NCBI GenBank assembly: GCA_965367815.1
Contig: CBDUKN010000008.1
Location: forward strand, 1-64,000
DNA from: an uncultured Thermoprotei archaeon
Lineage (GTDB): Archaea > Thermoproteota > Thermoprotei > Thermofilales > B15-G2
DNA length: 64,000 nt
Direction: 5' to 3'
In this document: positions 1 to 11,092 of the stretch, piece by piece
Layout: each line of letters starts with the position of its first letter
How positions within the stretch are numbered: position 1 is the first letter of the stretch
Translations under genes and position numbers: made by a program
The notes under the pieces: generated by a model
The model's input: the letters and a program-made list of their open reading frames with translations, nothing else
What the model was told of the DNA's origin: nothing
Databases searched by the model: none

Positions 1-1010
1 TATACTTGCGCTCCACAGATACTTTAACTCAAATACAGCAGAAAAAACTATTCACAAAACACTAAACTCTGAACATGCTGTCCCATGTATCCTCCGCGTA
101 CTAAATATACTAGTACTACGTTTAGCCACATACATGTGTCGCACATTACTTTAAGGAACCTTCTCCTGCTATCCTGTGAAAGTTCTTAAGAAAATACTGC
201 TAGCAACGTGTCATCTGAGAGCTCCTTAAAAACCTCCAAAGCACCACTAAATCCCTCAGGCGGGCCATGAAAATTATCATATAAAATAGCCGCACGGAAA
301 ACACTCTCCTCCCTACTACCGCCAATACGCCTCTTTACAATAAAGTAAGCACAAACACCAGCCACAACACTACTAAAACAGCAAATACAGCAACTCTCCT
401 CAAATCCATTATCCCACACTTCAGTAAAACCAAAGAAACCTAAACGACTCAGTAAGGCCCATCTACTACAGCTCAAAAAGCATAGCCTTAAACATATTCA
501 TCGGAGGAGTACACAGCGACCCACCAGACCTAGACATAGGAAACTACGACACATCAAACATATCCATAATACACTGTACAACAGGAAGACTGAAAGTGTC
601 GGAAAAAGATGTAGCAATAATATCAAACACAAAAACAACCTAATAACACCACACCTTACAATACTCACAGCTCAAAACAAAATAACAATAAGCAAGCCGA
701 AACAAAATACAGACAGCAACCGATATCGAAATCCCAAATCCACAAAAAGGCATAATATTAATGGACAGAAAAACGGGAAAAATACCACCTATATCTAGAA
801 GAAAATAAATTAAAACTTAAGCTAATATAGTAATCCTACTTAGACTTCAATTATTCATAAAAACAGATTCAGCAAACACCGCATACAAATAAGCAACGTT
901 AAATAAATTCTCCAAGTAGGCGCTAGCCCTAAACAATTTCTTTATAATAGTGGTTATAAAACAAATTATGTAAAAATTTATCTATTCTTTAACCTCTTTT
1001 ATCAAGGGGA

Positions 1011-2549
1011 TTGTTCTTGAAGATAGTAACGATCGATCTCCTTGAGCCCAGAGAATTCGAAAAACTTGTCAAGAAGATACTCTCTGCAAAGTACCCGAAC
1101 GCTAATATCTACTTAACCCCCTATGTTAGAGACCGCGGGTTCGACATAGTAGTACACAGCTATAGAGAAAAAATACTTGTTGAGTGTAAGCACTATAAAA
1201 CTGCCGTGGTCGGTAGACCCGTTGTCCAACGCCTTCACTCAGCCATGGTGATAGAAGGAGCTTCGAGAGGCATAATAGTTACTACAGGAACTTTCTCAAA
1301 AGAAGCACTAGACTACTGTCACATAGTTTACAGGCGCTTCGGTATATTTATCGAATGTTGGGACTTCAAAAGACTATGCAAAGAAGCGCTAGCTGCAGGA
1401 ATTCTCTTAGTTCGAAAAGGAGAAAAAATATTTTCATTTGATATAGGTAAAGAGACTCTCACTCACAGGCTCTGGCAGTACGTCATACAGCATATTGAAA
1501 GTAGGCCCATTAGACCGGAACAAGTGATCAGAGTAATACCAGAAATCAAAACATATCCTTATTTTCTAGTCGAGTACTCAGTTCATAAAATATTCACTAC
1601 TTCAACAGGCAGACCAATATATAAGATAAACGAGAACAGCAAATTGCTTGTGGATTACACGTCGGATTACCCTAGAATCTACGATGCTACACACTACATC
1701 TCTCACGCAGCTATTAAACCAATAGAAAACACAGATATAGCTGATTATCTGCCAGTAGCTATGAAACTCTATGCAAACCTAGCAGTAGATGAGAAAAATG
1801 CAGCAGACTATATCAAGAAAACTATAGCAAGACAACTATCCAGATACATTCGCTACATCGGACGAAATAACCGAATATACACTAAGTACTGCAAAGTCAC
1901 AGAAAAAGACGTAGAAATACACTCTGCACTAAAACTCGCAGTACCTATAATCGAAGCACGACTCGAAATTCCCGCAGCCAACCATAGATACAAATTCTGG
2001 GCATACTCTTTCAGCAACGGAGAAATAACTATAATATCTGCGACTACACCTACCCGTAGTCTAGATAATCTTTTCCTCTGCAATACTTGTGGAAAATTAC
2101 TGAGCAAAGACCAGCTGGTCACATGTAGTTCCTGTGGAGCAACTATATGCAGTTCAGATATCTTTAAAGTCCCTGGACTCGTATGGTCAACGTCTTACTG
2201 TGACATTTGCTTCCAAAAACTCCTAGAATCAAATAAACTTTTAGGACATATACCATCAGAAAAAAGAACTCCAAAAACACTTACACGAGCATTAATTCTA
2301 GCTTTACTCCTACCCGGTCTCGAGTCTCTATACTTAAGAAAAATTAAAACAGCTATACTTGAATTTCTAGCTTTAGCAATATTAGCAGCAATATCACTAG
2401 CAGCTAGAACACCGCTTCCATTACTTCCATTATATGTTATTGCAGCGGCAAAAACGCTGAGAGATCTGCGAATAGTCAAGTACATACAAAAGAATAGGTA
2501 TCGCCTTGCTCAATTAGCGAAAATATCGCTAATGAGGAAAATGATATAA
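1011..2549 (+). CDS. Mrr-family (Mrr_cat) restriction endonuclease with C-terminal Cys-rich Zn finger and TM2-like membrane anchor
   Basis: N-terminal EFE...DRGFDIV...LVECKHY...IIVTTGTFSKEA motif is typical of Mrr_cat; CxxC-CxxC-C-CxxC cluster; hydrophobic C-terminus (LALLLPGLESLYL...). Confidence 0.8.
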   Translation: MFLKIVTIDLLEPREFEKLVKKILSAKYPNANIYLTPYVRDRGFDIVVHSYREKILVECKHYKTAVVGRPVVQRLHSAMVIEGASRGIIVTTGTFSKEALDYCHIVYRRFGIFIECWDFKRLCKEALAAGILLVRKGEKIFSFDIGKETLTHRLWQYVIQHIESRPIRPEQVIRVIPEIKTYPYFLVEYSVHKIFTTSTGRPIYKINENSKLLVDYTSDYPRIYDATHYISHAAIKPIENTDIADYLPVAMKLYANLAVDEKNAADYIKKTIARQLSRYIRYIGRNNRIYTKYCKVTEKDVEIHSALKLAVPIIEARLEIPAANHRYKFWAYSFSNGEITIISATTPTRSLDNLFLCNTCGKLLSKDQLVTCSSCGATICSSDIFKVPGLVWSTSYCDICFQKLLESNKLLGHIPSEKRTPKTLTRALILALLLPGLESLYLRKIKTAILEFLALAILAAISLAARTPLPLLPLYVIAAAKTLRDLRIVKYIQKNRYRLAQLAKISLMRKMI

Positions 2550-3001
2550 TAAATCTTCACCATTGACTTAGCTTTACAGTAATCAAACAAGCATATCGAT
2601 CTACCACAGTATTTCGGAAGCAAGTATAGCTGAAAATACTATAAGACCTGCTAGCGAAAGCAAGGAACCCACCCCTCCTTTAGCCTTATATGCTGCAAAA
2701 AACTAAGGCGAAAATAGCCATAAAGAAGAGACTCAAGAGAGCAAGCAGCATTCTGAGTTTACCTGAAAAGCCGCCATAACCGCGTAAAAGCCGAAGCTAC
2801 AGTATATGCTATAAGCTGAAGAAAAGAAGCAACAGCACAGCCCCTACACCAAGAACACCACTGATAAGAGAGTAGCTATCACCACTATCCGCGAAATCCT
2901 CTCACAACAATCTATAACCAAAAAACAACCCATAGAATTCCCAGATTTCACAAACAACTAATTAACAATTATCCAAACAGTACTCTGGACTCTAAACAGC
3001 A

Positions 3002-3180
3002 TCACCAAATATTCACATAACAGACCTCTATTCCAAAGTCCTTCCCGCACCTCTCTTTCAGACTATTCACTAAGCCCAACAAATTATCTCTCGCTTTATG
3101 ATCTCCGGTCACTATCTTAACAAAGCCTCGCCCCCCTTAGACCATGCAAAGCCTTTAAAAACAAGTAAATATCCTCTTCA
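3002..3180 (-). pseudogene. Possible PIN-domain remnant
   Basis: Broken minus-strand frames read EEDIYLFLKALHGL / GFVKIVTGDHKARDNLL...; the IVTGD motif resembles PIN C-termini; no intact start. Confidence 0.25.
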
Positions 3181-3344
3181 ACTCACAACAAGTATCTCCA
3201 CAAACATAACGCACAAAATAAATAAACTTGAACATAATCATTGACTCTAATCTAACAATACCCTACTAGCACTCCTTTCTGAACACGAAGATAACGTCTT
3301 TTCATACCATAAGTCTTTTAAGTAATTTAACTAAATAACTACTA

Positions 3345-5549
3345 CTAAGCAATCTCTCTTGAAATAATAAAGCCTTTCTCTATAGTATAAGGACACCTTT
3401 CTTTCTTTACAACATAGCTCCCTAATTCTTCATCCCACTCAGCGTAAGGAGGTCTAGCTAAAAATAAAGGAACTGGTGCTAAGTGCCGTTTTATCTGAGC
3501 TAGTAAACGCCGCCGCATAGAATAATTTCTCTCCCCTTTAAGCTTAGTAAGTAACTGTTTTATTTTCTCACGATATAATTCTGGAACAACTAGAATATTA
3601 GGCTCCCTTCCTAACAATTTTTCAGAGAGAACATTTTCATAATCTTCGCGGGAAACATGATAAAAGCAGTATGTAGCCTCAAGAATATTCTCTAACTTTT
3701 TATAATAGTCTTCTATTAACTCCACCACAGATAAATACTCCCAATAGTCTTTTACTTGATCAATATAAGCTCTCTCACCCCGCTTCTCAAGCGCCTCTAC
3801 TAACTTACCTTTAAGTAACTCACCTGTTACATCAACTTCAACTCGAGTATAAGGCTTATGCGATTTGAGCTTCATACAAATCCAGACATTAATTTCATCA
3901 AATCTCTTACCATACCTATTGACACGCCCAAAACGCTGTATTAATGATGGAAGCGGAGCCAGATCTGTTACAAGCATGTCAAAAGATATATCTAAAGAAA
4001 CTTCGGCAACCTGTGTAGAGACTAAAATCTCTGCCCCTCTAATAGCATCTTCTTTAGCCAAACGATCCTTATAGGCAAACCGACTATGTATTATATTTAC
4101 TTCATGATTCTTAAAGCTTTCTTTTAATAAATCATAAACATTAATAGCTCTATCAACAGTATTAACTATAACAAGTAAGCGCCTCCCCTCACTAAGCTTA
4201 GTATTCAATAAATCAAGATGTTCTTCAAGAAAGTCTTCGACACTCTTATCGAGAACAGTCTCAATCTTATGTCTCTTTAACTTCCTGTACTCATCTTCTA
4301 AAATAAATTCCTTGATCCTATCGCCACATATTTTCTTTAAGTACTCAACATAGGGTCCTGCAGGAGTAGCTGACATAAATAGTAGCTTAAACTTATAGTA
4401 AGGCTGAATGTGCTTAAGACTCCAGCCTAAAGCCGCCATCATCTGTGGAGTCAATAAATGGAACTCATCAAGTATAAAAAGAGCATTATTAAAATTAAAC
4501 CTTCTCAAATGATACTTACCTACTTGTAGTGCAGTAAATAGTACTTGATCTATTGTCGTAATCGTAACCTTAGGAATAAAATATCGATATAAATTCAACA
4601 AATGTTCATATTCCTCCTCCGAAGCCCTAAGTAACTCCACATCAGCGAAATAAAAATACTCACCGACATAGCCCTCTCCAAATATTTCCCTCAACTTTTC
4701 GTAAAATTCTTTAATTGCCGTTATTGTCGGCAATGTATAAAAAACCTTCATAGGCTTTAACTTACCTATCCTTAGAACAGCTAAAGCCGACTTACCCCAG
4801 CCCGTAGGCGCAGCTACAATCAAGTGCTCTACCGGCGATCCAGCTATACTTGACTGAAGACTAAATTTTTCCTCATCAAATTTTCCTGTTTTCTTAAGCG
4901 CATGAGTCTTCAAAAGCCCGATTGATCGTTTATAAGGATCATAACTCCACACATACTGATCTATAATAAAAGAAGGATCAATATTCGCTGCAGAAACTAT
5001 GTCAGCAAGCTTAAAAATGCCCATTACATCAGCTAGCCTTAAACACTCATTAGGAGACCTGAATTCACGCTTAAATCCGTGAAGAACAGACCATAAAGAA
5101 ACCTTTACATCGCTCCACATTCTTTTAAAGTAGTAGCTTTTCTTAAGCAAACCAGCCTGAGGATACTTTAGCGCCGAGTGATGTCGCCAAACGAGATAAA
5201 TTAAAGCGTAAACATATTTCGGCTCTAGCTGAAAATAACTAGCAAGCTTATTGCAAATCTTCGATAAGAGCAGCGCACCCACCTCCGAATGCTTTATCCT
5301 CTTTTCACTTAACTTCCACTCAGGCGATGCTTTACCCACATCATGTACAACCGCCAGCGCTAAGACCAACCTCTTTAACACAGGGTCAAGCTCAACATGC
5401 CTCAAAATCTTTTCAACAAAAAACACGCACTCCTCAACATGCTTCAGTAAACTCTTCCCCTTATGACTTTCTTTCAACTCAGGATCCTCAATACCGAGAT
5501 CTTTAAGACAGATCTCCTTCAATACACTAGACAACTGATGCATAGTCAC
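3345..5549 (-). CDS. cas3: Cas3, HD nuclease fused to SF2 helicase
   Basis: H...HDVGK...H...HH...AD HD motifs, APTGWGKS Walker A, DEFH, SAT, QRFGRVNR. Confidence 0.95.
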   Translation of the reverse strand: MTMHQLSSVLKEICLKDLGIEDPELKESHKGKSLLKHVEECVFFVEKILRHVELDPVLKRLVLALAVVHDVGKASPEWKLSEKRIKHSEVGALLLSKICNKLASYFQLEPKYVYALIYLVWRHHSALKYPQAGLLKKSYYFKRMWSDVKVSLWSVLHGFKREFRSPNECLRLADVMGIFKLADIVSAANIDPSFIIDQYVWSYDPYKRSIGLLKTHALKKTGKFDEEKFSLQSSIAGSPVEHLIVAAPTGWGKSALAVLRIGKLKPMKVFYTLPTITAIKEFYEKLREIFGEGYVGEYFYFADVELLRASEEEYEHLLNLYRYFIPKVTITTIDQVLFTALQVGKYHLRRFNFNNALFILDEFHLLTPQMMAALGWSLKHIQPYYKFKLLFMSATPAGPYVEYLKKICGDRIKEFILEDEYRKLKRHKIETVLDKSVEDFLEEHLDLLNTKLSEGRRLLVIVNTVDRAINVYDLLKESFKNHEVNIIHSRFAYKDRLAKEDAIRGAEILVSTQVAEVSLDISFDMLVTDLAPLPSLIQRFGRVNRYGKRFDEINVWICMKLKSHKPYTRVEVDVTGELLKGKLVEALEKRGERAYIDQVKDYWEYLSVVELIEDYYKKLENILEATYCFYHVSREDYENVLSEKLLGREPNILVVPELYREKIKQLLTKLKGERNYSMRRRLLAQIKRHLAPVPLFLARPPYAEWDEELGSYVVKKERCPYTIEKGFIISREIA

Positions 5550-6709
5550 ATAGTCAAATACTTAATAAAGCTTAAAGAAAGCGATACACGAAAAGACCGA
5601 GACAAATATATCACTTGGTCAATTAGCGTTCGAAGAGCCCCAAAGTTCACTCGACCTACCTCCACTAAGTCTTTATAAAATATTTCAAGCGCGTTAGCTA
5701 AAATTTCAAGCTCATTTTCAGCCTTCTTACGCTCCTCCCTCCCAGCTCTCCTTAAGACCTTATCAAAGAAAATAAAGGTTTGCTCACAGAACATTTCTAA
5801 AACCTTTCTACGCTCAGAATTCTCAAGCCATAAAAGCGTAAATATGTTTAAAGAAGGTATCGCTATAATCCTCCACTCAGACTTAGAGGAAGGCATAAAA
5901 TACAGCATACCAGTAGAACCCTTTAAATCATCAATTATCTGCTCAAGTAACCGCTTTTTCTCAGGGTCCTTCTCCATATCATAGTTATCATAAAGCCACA
6001 GCAGGAACTTAGTAAGTACGATGTAAGGCTTACTACTCTCCAATTCGTGTATCTTAAGCTCACGCAAATCTTCACGTAATATATGTCCTCCTCCCCGAGG
6101 AAACCTCTCTAGAATCAAATGTCGAAGATTTTCTTGGACATCCGCTAGCACACCCCGCTCAAAATAGACAGAAATTCTATTACCAATACCCACCGACCTC
6201 AAAAACTTCTCAGTTAACTCTAAGAGCTGCTCCTTTCTAAAACTCTCACCAAAATACAAATTGCGCGTCTCACTTAAAGCAAGCGAACTCAATACATGAT
6301 AACGCCGAAGACCCTTACTAGCATCCGATATCTCTTTCATAACATCCCCTATCACTTCATCGTGAAACTCTCTAACGAGTCGGCAGATCTCATCAATATC
6401 ATCCTTACTCACACTCTCTCCTCTAAAACGAACCTTTCGAAGCACTTCTATAATCTTCTCCTTTAGCCTCATCCTAGCCCCACGCCCAACATTACCCCAG
6501 TTAATCACCCTCCTAAACAAAGGATGATTAAAGTAATATAACTGCTTCACAAGATCCTCTGCACGATTCTTTAGCTGTCTCTCACTCTTCACCTTCTTAG
6601 CAACATTCTCCAGCTCCTCACCTATCTTAGTTAAATTTATCTTAGTCCCAAGATTCCGCTGAAGAAGATCCCTAAGCCGAGCCTCCACTTCAGAGCTCAT
6701 GTCCCCCAC
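5546..6709 (-). CDS. Putative Cascade large subunit (Cas8a-like, divergent)
   Basis: 387-aa ORF between cas5 and cas3 with overlapping stop/start; assigned by position only. Confidence 0.6.
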   Translation of the reverse strand: MGDMSSEVEARLRDLLQRNLGTKINLTKIGEELENVAKKVKSERQLKNRAEDLVKQLYYFNHPLFRRVINWGNVGRGARMRLKEKIIEVLRKVRFRGESVSKDDIDEICRLVREFHDEVIGDVMKEISDASKGLRRYHVLSSLALSETRNLYFGESFRKEQLLELTEKFLRSVGIGNRISVYFERGVLADVQENLRHLILERFPRGGGHILREDLRELKIHELESSKPYIVLTKFLLWLYDNYDMEKDPEKKRLLEQIIDDLKGSTGMLYFMPSSKSEWRIIAIPSLNIFTLLWLENSERRKVLEMFCEQTFIFFDKVLRRAGREERKKAENELEILANALEIFYKDLVEVGRVNFGALRTLIDQVIYLSRSFRVSLSLSFIKYLTM

Positions 6710-7527
6710 CGAACAAAGTACTCGTGAGCAGGATAGACAAATATCCGGCTCTCACCATCATCAACAACCTTTAGAGGCTCTACTGTAATAATATCAGCAC
6801 CATAAACAAAAATATACCACTCATCAATATTCCCACCAATATAGCCAGGCACTACTAACGGGGTTCTCCCATCTATCCTAGTTCTCTCAGGATACCTAGT
6901 AATAGTAAAATTAGAGGCTTTCACTTCTTTAAACTTAGACTGAGGACAATAACCCCTCCCCACACTACTATCAACAAGCCTCGCCTCCTTAACAGAACCC
7001 ACAAAATCAACAAAATGGTAATCATTACCTCCAAACACTTCAAACTCAAAATTCAAGTCCCTAATCCTCCTAATACCCTCTCTAATCACACCTATATCAC
7101 TAGAAACTATAGCAAACTTATACTCAGGCTTATACAGAACCTCACTACGATATATTGTCATAAGCTCTGAGATTGCTTTAAAAACCTCATCGCGTTTCCC
7201 TCTCGACAAAGTATGTATTTTATACCAGCTATCAAGCAACTTCACCAATTGCATTGCATCTCTATCAAACTTAAATATACGAGAAACCTGAGAAAAATAC
7301 CCCTCAAAACTCAAAAGCTCAGCTCCCGCAAGAATACACTTTTCACGACAAAAATCATATAGCTTCTCTCTAGGCACACCAAGTATAGCACCAAAGATAC
7401 CAGCTACAGCAGACGGCGGAGGTATAAGATAGGTCCTCCTAACTAACTTTTGCGCGTGCTCCTTAAACTGAGCCGTTAAAAAACGTATAGTAAACGTAAT
7501 AGCCGTTAGACGACTATATACTCGCAT
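6697..7527 (-). CDS. cas5: Cas5
   Basis: AQFK...RRTYLIPPPSAVAGIFGAILG N-terminal Cas5 signature and late Gly-rich loop (FGGND). Confidence 0.92.
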   Translation of the reverse strand: MRVYSRLTAITFTIRFLTAQFKEHAQKLVRRTYLIPPPSAVAGIFGAILGVPREKLYDFCREKCILAGAELLSFEGYFSQVSRIFKFDRDAMQLVKLLDSWYKIHTLSRGKRDEVFKAISELMTIYRSEVLYKPEYKFAIVSSDIGVIREGIRRIRDLNFEFEVFGGNDYHFVDFVGSVKEARLVDSSVGRGYCPQSKFKEVKASNFTITRYPERTRIDGRTPLVVPGYIGGNIDEWYIFVYGADIITVEPLKVVDDGESRIFVYPAHEYFVRWGT

Positions 7528-8465
7528 ATCCCCTCAATAACTTCCCTAATAGTCTCTGAATCTAATTTACTTGATTTAACTTTAGTGAGGGTACCTTCAG
7601 ACCCCCTCTCATAAACATCGACAACTCCCTGCCTGTAGTCAATAACATACATCCTATCTATGAGCTTACCGTAGATATCAGAAATCTTAGCGAGCTTACT
7701 TTTATCAAGCTCATCGTCACTTACATCTACATAAGAGAAAATTGGTGTAAAGTGCTCTGTCAAAGCCACAACAGCATAGTAGAACTCAGGAGTACACGGA
7801 CTCTCAGAACCTCGCGGAAACTCCCATCCTTCCCACAAAAGCACTTCAAGCAAAGCTCTCAGTCTTTTCTTACGCTCCTCAGCACTTAACTGATATACAC
7901 CTTTCTCAACCTCAGAAACTTCTCCACTCTTTAACATATCCTCAGTAAGCTCCAAAGCCTCAAAACGACCTATTCTATCTGACACTATAACATTCAAGCG
8001 GCCAAGCCACTCCGCCACCTCTATCTCAAAAGGCACAGGATTCCCTTTCTCATATTCCTTTAAGAAATCTCTAGGAAAACGAGCAGCAAACTCAACCTTA
8101 ATTTCAGTATGGTGAAGAGATATAAGCGGAGATATCTTCACAGGAGAACTCCTTTTCCTCGGCGGTCTTTCAGGCACTAAGAAGCCAAATAAGTCGTCGT
8201 CAACGTACTTAATAGGATTACCTATATCACCTAACTGCTGCTCACGGCCAGCTCCAACTAGCTGAAGAGGATCTATATAAAGGCCTTTCTTTTCAGCAAG
8301 CCTCTCGCGTATACATCGACGAATACATCTCGCAGAAACAAACGCCTTAACCTCCTGCTTCCAATTAAAAATCTTCTTCATAGGAACCCTTATTCCAACG
8401 CTTATATCTGCATTCACATTACCACTTACTTTAATTATAGAAGCAATAAATGCACGTCTAGGCAT
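7506..8465 (-). CDS. cas7: Cas7 (Csa2/DevR-type backbone subunit)
   Basis: VSARCIRRCIRE, DDLFGFL, KRSSPVKISP motifs; likely start ATG at 8465 (MPRRAF) after a GGTGGGG RBS. Confidence 0.92.
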   Translation of the reverse strand: MPRRAFIASIIKVSGNVNADISVGIRVPMKKIFNWKQEVKAFVSARCIRRCIRERLAEKKGLYIDPLQLVGAGREQQLGDIGNPIKYVDDDLFGFLVPERPPRKRSSPVKISPLISLHHTEIKVEFAARFPRDFLKEYEKGNPVPFEIEVAEWLGRLNVIVSDRIGRFEALELTEDMLKSGEVSEVEKGVYQLSAEERKKRLRALLEVLLWEGWEFPRGSESPCTPEFYYAVVALTEHFTPIFSYVDVSDDELDKSKLAKISDIYGKLIDRMYVIDYRQGVVDVYERGSEGTLTKVKSSKLDSETIREVIEGICEYIVV

Positions 8466-8466
8466 A

Positions 8467-8811
8467 TCATTCCCCACCAGACCCAAATTCACTAATATAC
8501 GCATCAAAAAATCCAGAAAGTATAGCCGTACTATATCGATAAAACTCCTCAGTCCTCCATCTACGCTCCTCTTTCAATTCCCTAGGAAGACCCTTAATAT
8601 CAGGACGAAGCTCTATTATAATATTAACCAACTCTCTCCTAAATTTCGTTGAAAGAGACTCTGACCTCAAATTCAACAATATCGTCTCCATACGCTTTTT
8701 AGCCCGCTCACTATCACCCCCATAAAGCTGAATCAATCTCTCAATAATCTTTATCCCAGCATGAAAAGCCCAGCCGTACAAACTTCTCTCCTTTTTCTCC
8801 TCAGCACTCAT
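8467..8811 (-). CDS. Putative small subunit (Csa5/Cas11)
   Basis: 114-aa helical ORF first in the effector operon, upstream of cas7; start MSAEEK lies about 25 nt after a TATA box. Confidence 0.6.
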   Translation of the reverse strand: MSAEEKKERSLYGWAFHAGIKIIERLIQLYGGDSERAKKRMETILLNLRSESLSTKFRRELVNIIIELRPDIKGLPRELKEERRWRTEEFYRYSTAILSGFFDAYISEFGSGGE

Positions 8812-8835
8812 GACATTAACTATTACACAACTAAA

Positions 8836-8849
8836 CTTATAAACTTTTC
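8836..8849 (-). promoter_or_regulatory. BRE-TATA promoter of the Cascade/cas3 operon
   Basis: GAAAAGTTTATAAG on the minus strand about 25 nt upstream of ATG 8811. Confidence 0.6.
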
Positions 8850-9453
8850 TCATGTTTCAAATAGCCAAGTAATTCTTCAAACAAACACCGACAGACATTT
8901 CCTTTAATCTACTACCCCTAAATTATCAAATTTACGAGCCGCTTACTCAGAGAGTAAGAATCAAGTATCTTTCCATCATCTTTTAATTATCAAAAAAGGA
9001 GACTTCTATATGTAATAATCATAACTCTCCACCCTCACTAAGCTAAAGCCTTAATAGCAATCCTCTTCACAAGCTCGAGCCCCTTAACTAAATCTTCATT
9101 AAGCTCCTTTAAAATAACATCAGCGGACTCTTCCTTAACTACATAATTCCCTAATACAGAAGCTAGCAAAAAGTGGAAAGAAACATGCATAATAAGTATT
9201 GCAGTATAAATCGCCTTGCTAAGCTGTCACGAGCATTAAGTAGAAAATTTTTCTAAATATGCATAAGAAATACAACCCTGAACCCTCGTTAAAACTAGAG
9301 ATAATCAGAGCATCCGCTGATCTTATTTCGATCTATCGGCTAATAGCAAGAATATATAAAGAGAACTTAAAGTCTCTTCTTATCAACCAGATACTGATAG
9401 AAAATCTTTAACAAATACCATAATCAATTTAGAGCCAAATAGAACTCATGTTA

Positions 9454-9558
9454 TCAAGTAATCGTGATTGAATTCTGTTTAATGTTTATAAAAGATCCTT
9501 TATCTAAGCCAACTAGGTTACCGCAGCGCAGACACTTAACTTCATCTCCTTCCTTTAC
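9454..9558 (-). pseudogene. 3' half of a paralogue of the Zn-finger gene at 15456-15683
   Basis: Translates to VKEGDEVKCLRCGNLVGLDKGSFINIKQNSITIT*, versus VKEGDEVRCPRCGSLIGLDKGPFINIKQKAIVISK in the intact copy; no 5' half. Confidence 0.8.
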
Positions 9559-9605
9559 TTAAAGATAAAATGATATAAGAAAAGTTAAAAATAATAGAGA
9601 AGCTT

Positions 9606-10097
9606 TTACTTAAAGTCATTTCTATGCCCATGCCTTAGAACTTTAATAATTCTCTTAATAGGTAAGAAACGATCTGGTACTTTCCTCATGTATTCAGCAT
9701 ATAACTCACCAAATCTATCAAGCATTTCCCTCTCCTCCCTTACTGCTAAGTAATAATGGTGTATCATTAAAGCTGAGGCCGTGATGAGACCGGGTATACT
9801 TCCAAAGGCTAAAGCTAAACCAAAGAAAGCTAAGATAAGGCCTAAGTAGCCTGGATGTCTAATCCATTCATATACTCCACGGGTAGCTATGTAATTTATG
9901 TCCCCAATATCCGCATGAGCTTTAGGGTGCTCCTTATGACTGAGATAATGTATGTAGAAACCAAGTATAAATAGCAACCACCCAACTATACTCAGCGCTA
10001 CATTACCATAGTTAAGACCTAGTAGCCATCCTGCTATGATACTTACGATAAGAGAAATCCATGTAGCGCTATGGCATAAGGCTCTCTCCAAATCCAT
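9606..10097 (-). CDS. Isoprenylcysteine carboxyl methyltransferase (ICMT/Ste14)-family membrane protein
   Basis: TRGVYEWIRHPGYLG...REEREMLDRFGELYAEYMRKVPDRF motif. Confidence 0.85.
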   Translation of the reverse strand: MDLERALCHSATWISLIVSIIAGWLLGLNYGNVALSIVGWLLFILGFYIHYLSHKEHPKAHADIGDINYIATRGVYEWIRHPGYLGLILAFFGLALAFGSIPGLITASALMIHHYYLAVREEREMLDRFGELYAEYMRKVPDRFLPIKRIIKVLRHGHRNDFK

Positions 10098-10587
10098 AAC
10101 CCTCTAGTAATAGCAAGACGGTAAACGTTATAAGTTTAGCGACAAAGAAAAAGACATTCTCATATAGAAAAATCACCTCTTCGCCAAGACCTCTTAAATA
10201 ATTGTCTTTCAAGACTTATAAATACCTTTCTATTATCCGACTATTAAAGACATAGAAAATAATTTACAGAATAAAATATCCCTCCTCTCAAAAATCCTTT
10301 TCTCGCAAACAACACAAACTATATTCAGTCACTACTCATTCCAACAACAAACTTGCCATTATCAATTGATATGTCTCAGATTAAAAGCCATTAAAATGGA
10401 TTAATTTTCTAATTATAATGTAAATCTAATACTCTTTCCTTAATTATTAAAACCCAAACATATATTGATGAACATCCACTTACTTATACTCTTTTTATGT
10501 CTTAATCATAGAGAGACCTTTATTTTGAATATCAATTGATCCTTAATAAAGTCTCTAACTCAACTTATATATCTAATATAGGCAGCT

Positions 10588-11092
10588 CTTTCTATTATCT
10601 TTTGATTGTTAATATAATGGAACAATATATGGCGCGACATGGGTCTCAAGTGACTTTCTATTATCTTTTGATTGTTAATCTTTCTTGGATGGAGGAGGGG
10701 AGGATAACGGTAACGAAGCACTTTCTATTATCTTTTGATTGTTAATAAGAGCAGTAGTGTAATCGGGTCCATGTTTACTCTTCCTCTTTCTTTCTATTAT
10801 CTTTTGATTGTTAATTCTATGCTCATATTACTCACTCAGATGTAGAGGAGAAGATAACTTTCTATTATCTTTTGATTGTTAATTTAATAAAGGCCAGATG
10901 AAATAGACGAAGAAGAGGTGAAAATTCCTGAGCTTTCTATTATCTTTTGATTGTTAATTGAATATCCTTCATCACCTTCAATAACAGTTACCGACACCTT
11001 TCTATTATCTTTTGATTGTTAATGTACAAAGTACACTGAAACTAAACTGTCGAAACTCATGTAGCCCTTTCTATTATCTTTTGATTGTTAAT
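10588..11092 (-). CRISPR. CRISPR array, 8 identical 26-nt repeats and 7 spacers (39-49 nt)
   Basis: CTTTCTATTATCTTTTGATTGTTAAT starts at 10588, 10654, 10721, 10790, 10858, 10933, 10998 and 11067; the reverse complement ends in ATAGAAAG (AUUGAAAG-like handle), which implies minus-strand transcription. Confidence 0.98.

Noticed and set aside
186-830. ORF 186-476 and broken plus-strand frames (for example KVSEKDVAII, resembling the Mrr protein's KVTEKDVEIH)
   Set aside because: Fragmentary, and the similarity is too short to call
10226-10237. 12-nt exact match to the repeat (CTTTCTATTATC) 350 nt from the array
   Set aside because: Too short and AT-rich, with no second repeat at spacer distance; may be a relic but cannot be supported
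10536-10745. 69-aa ORF
   Set aside because: Runs through CRISPR repeats; artefact
10614-11066. Self-targeting spacers
   Set aside because: No convincing match to the window was found by eye; an exhaustive search was not possible
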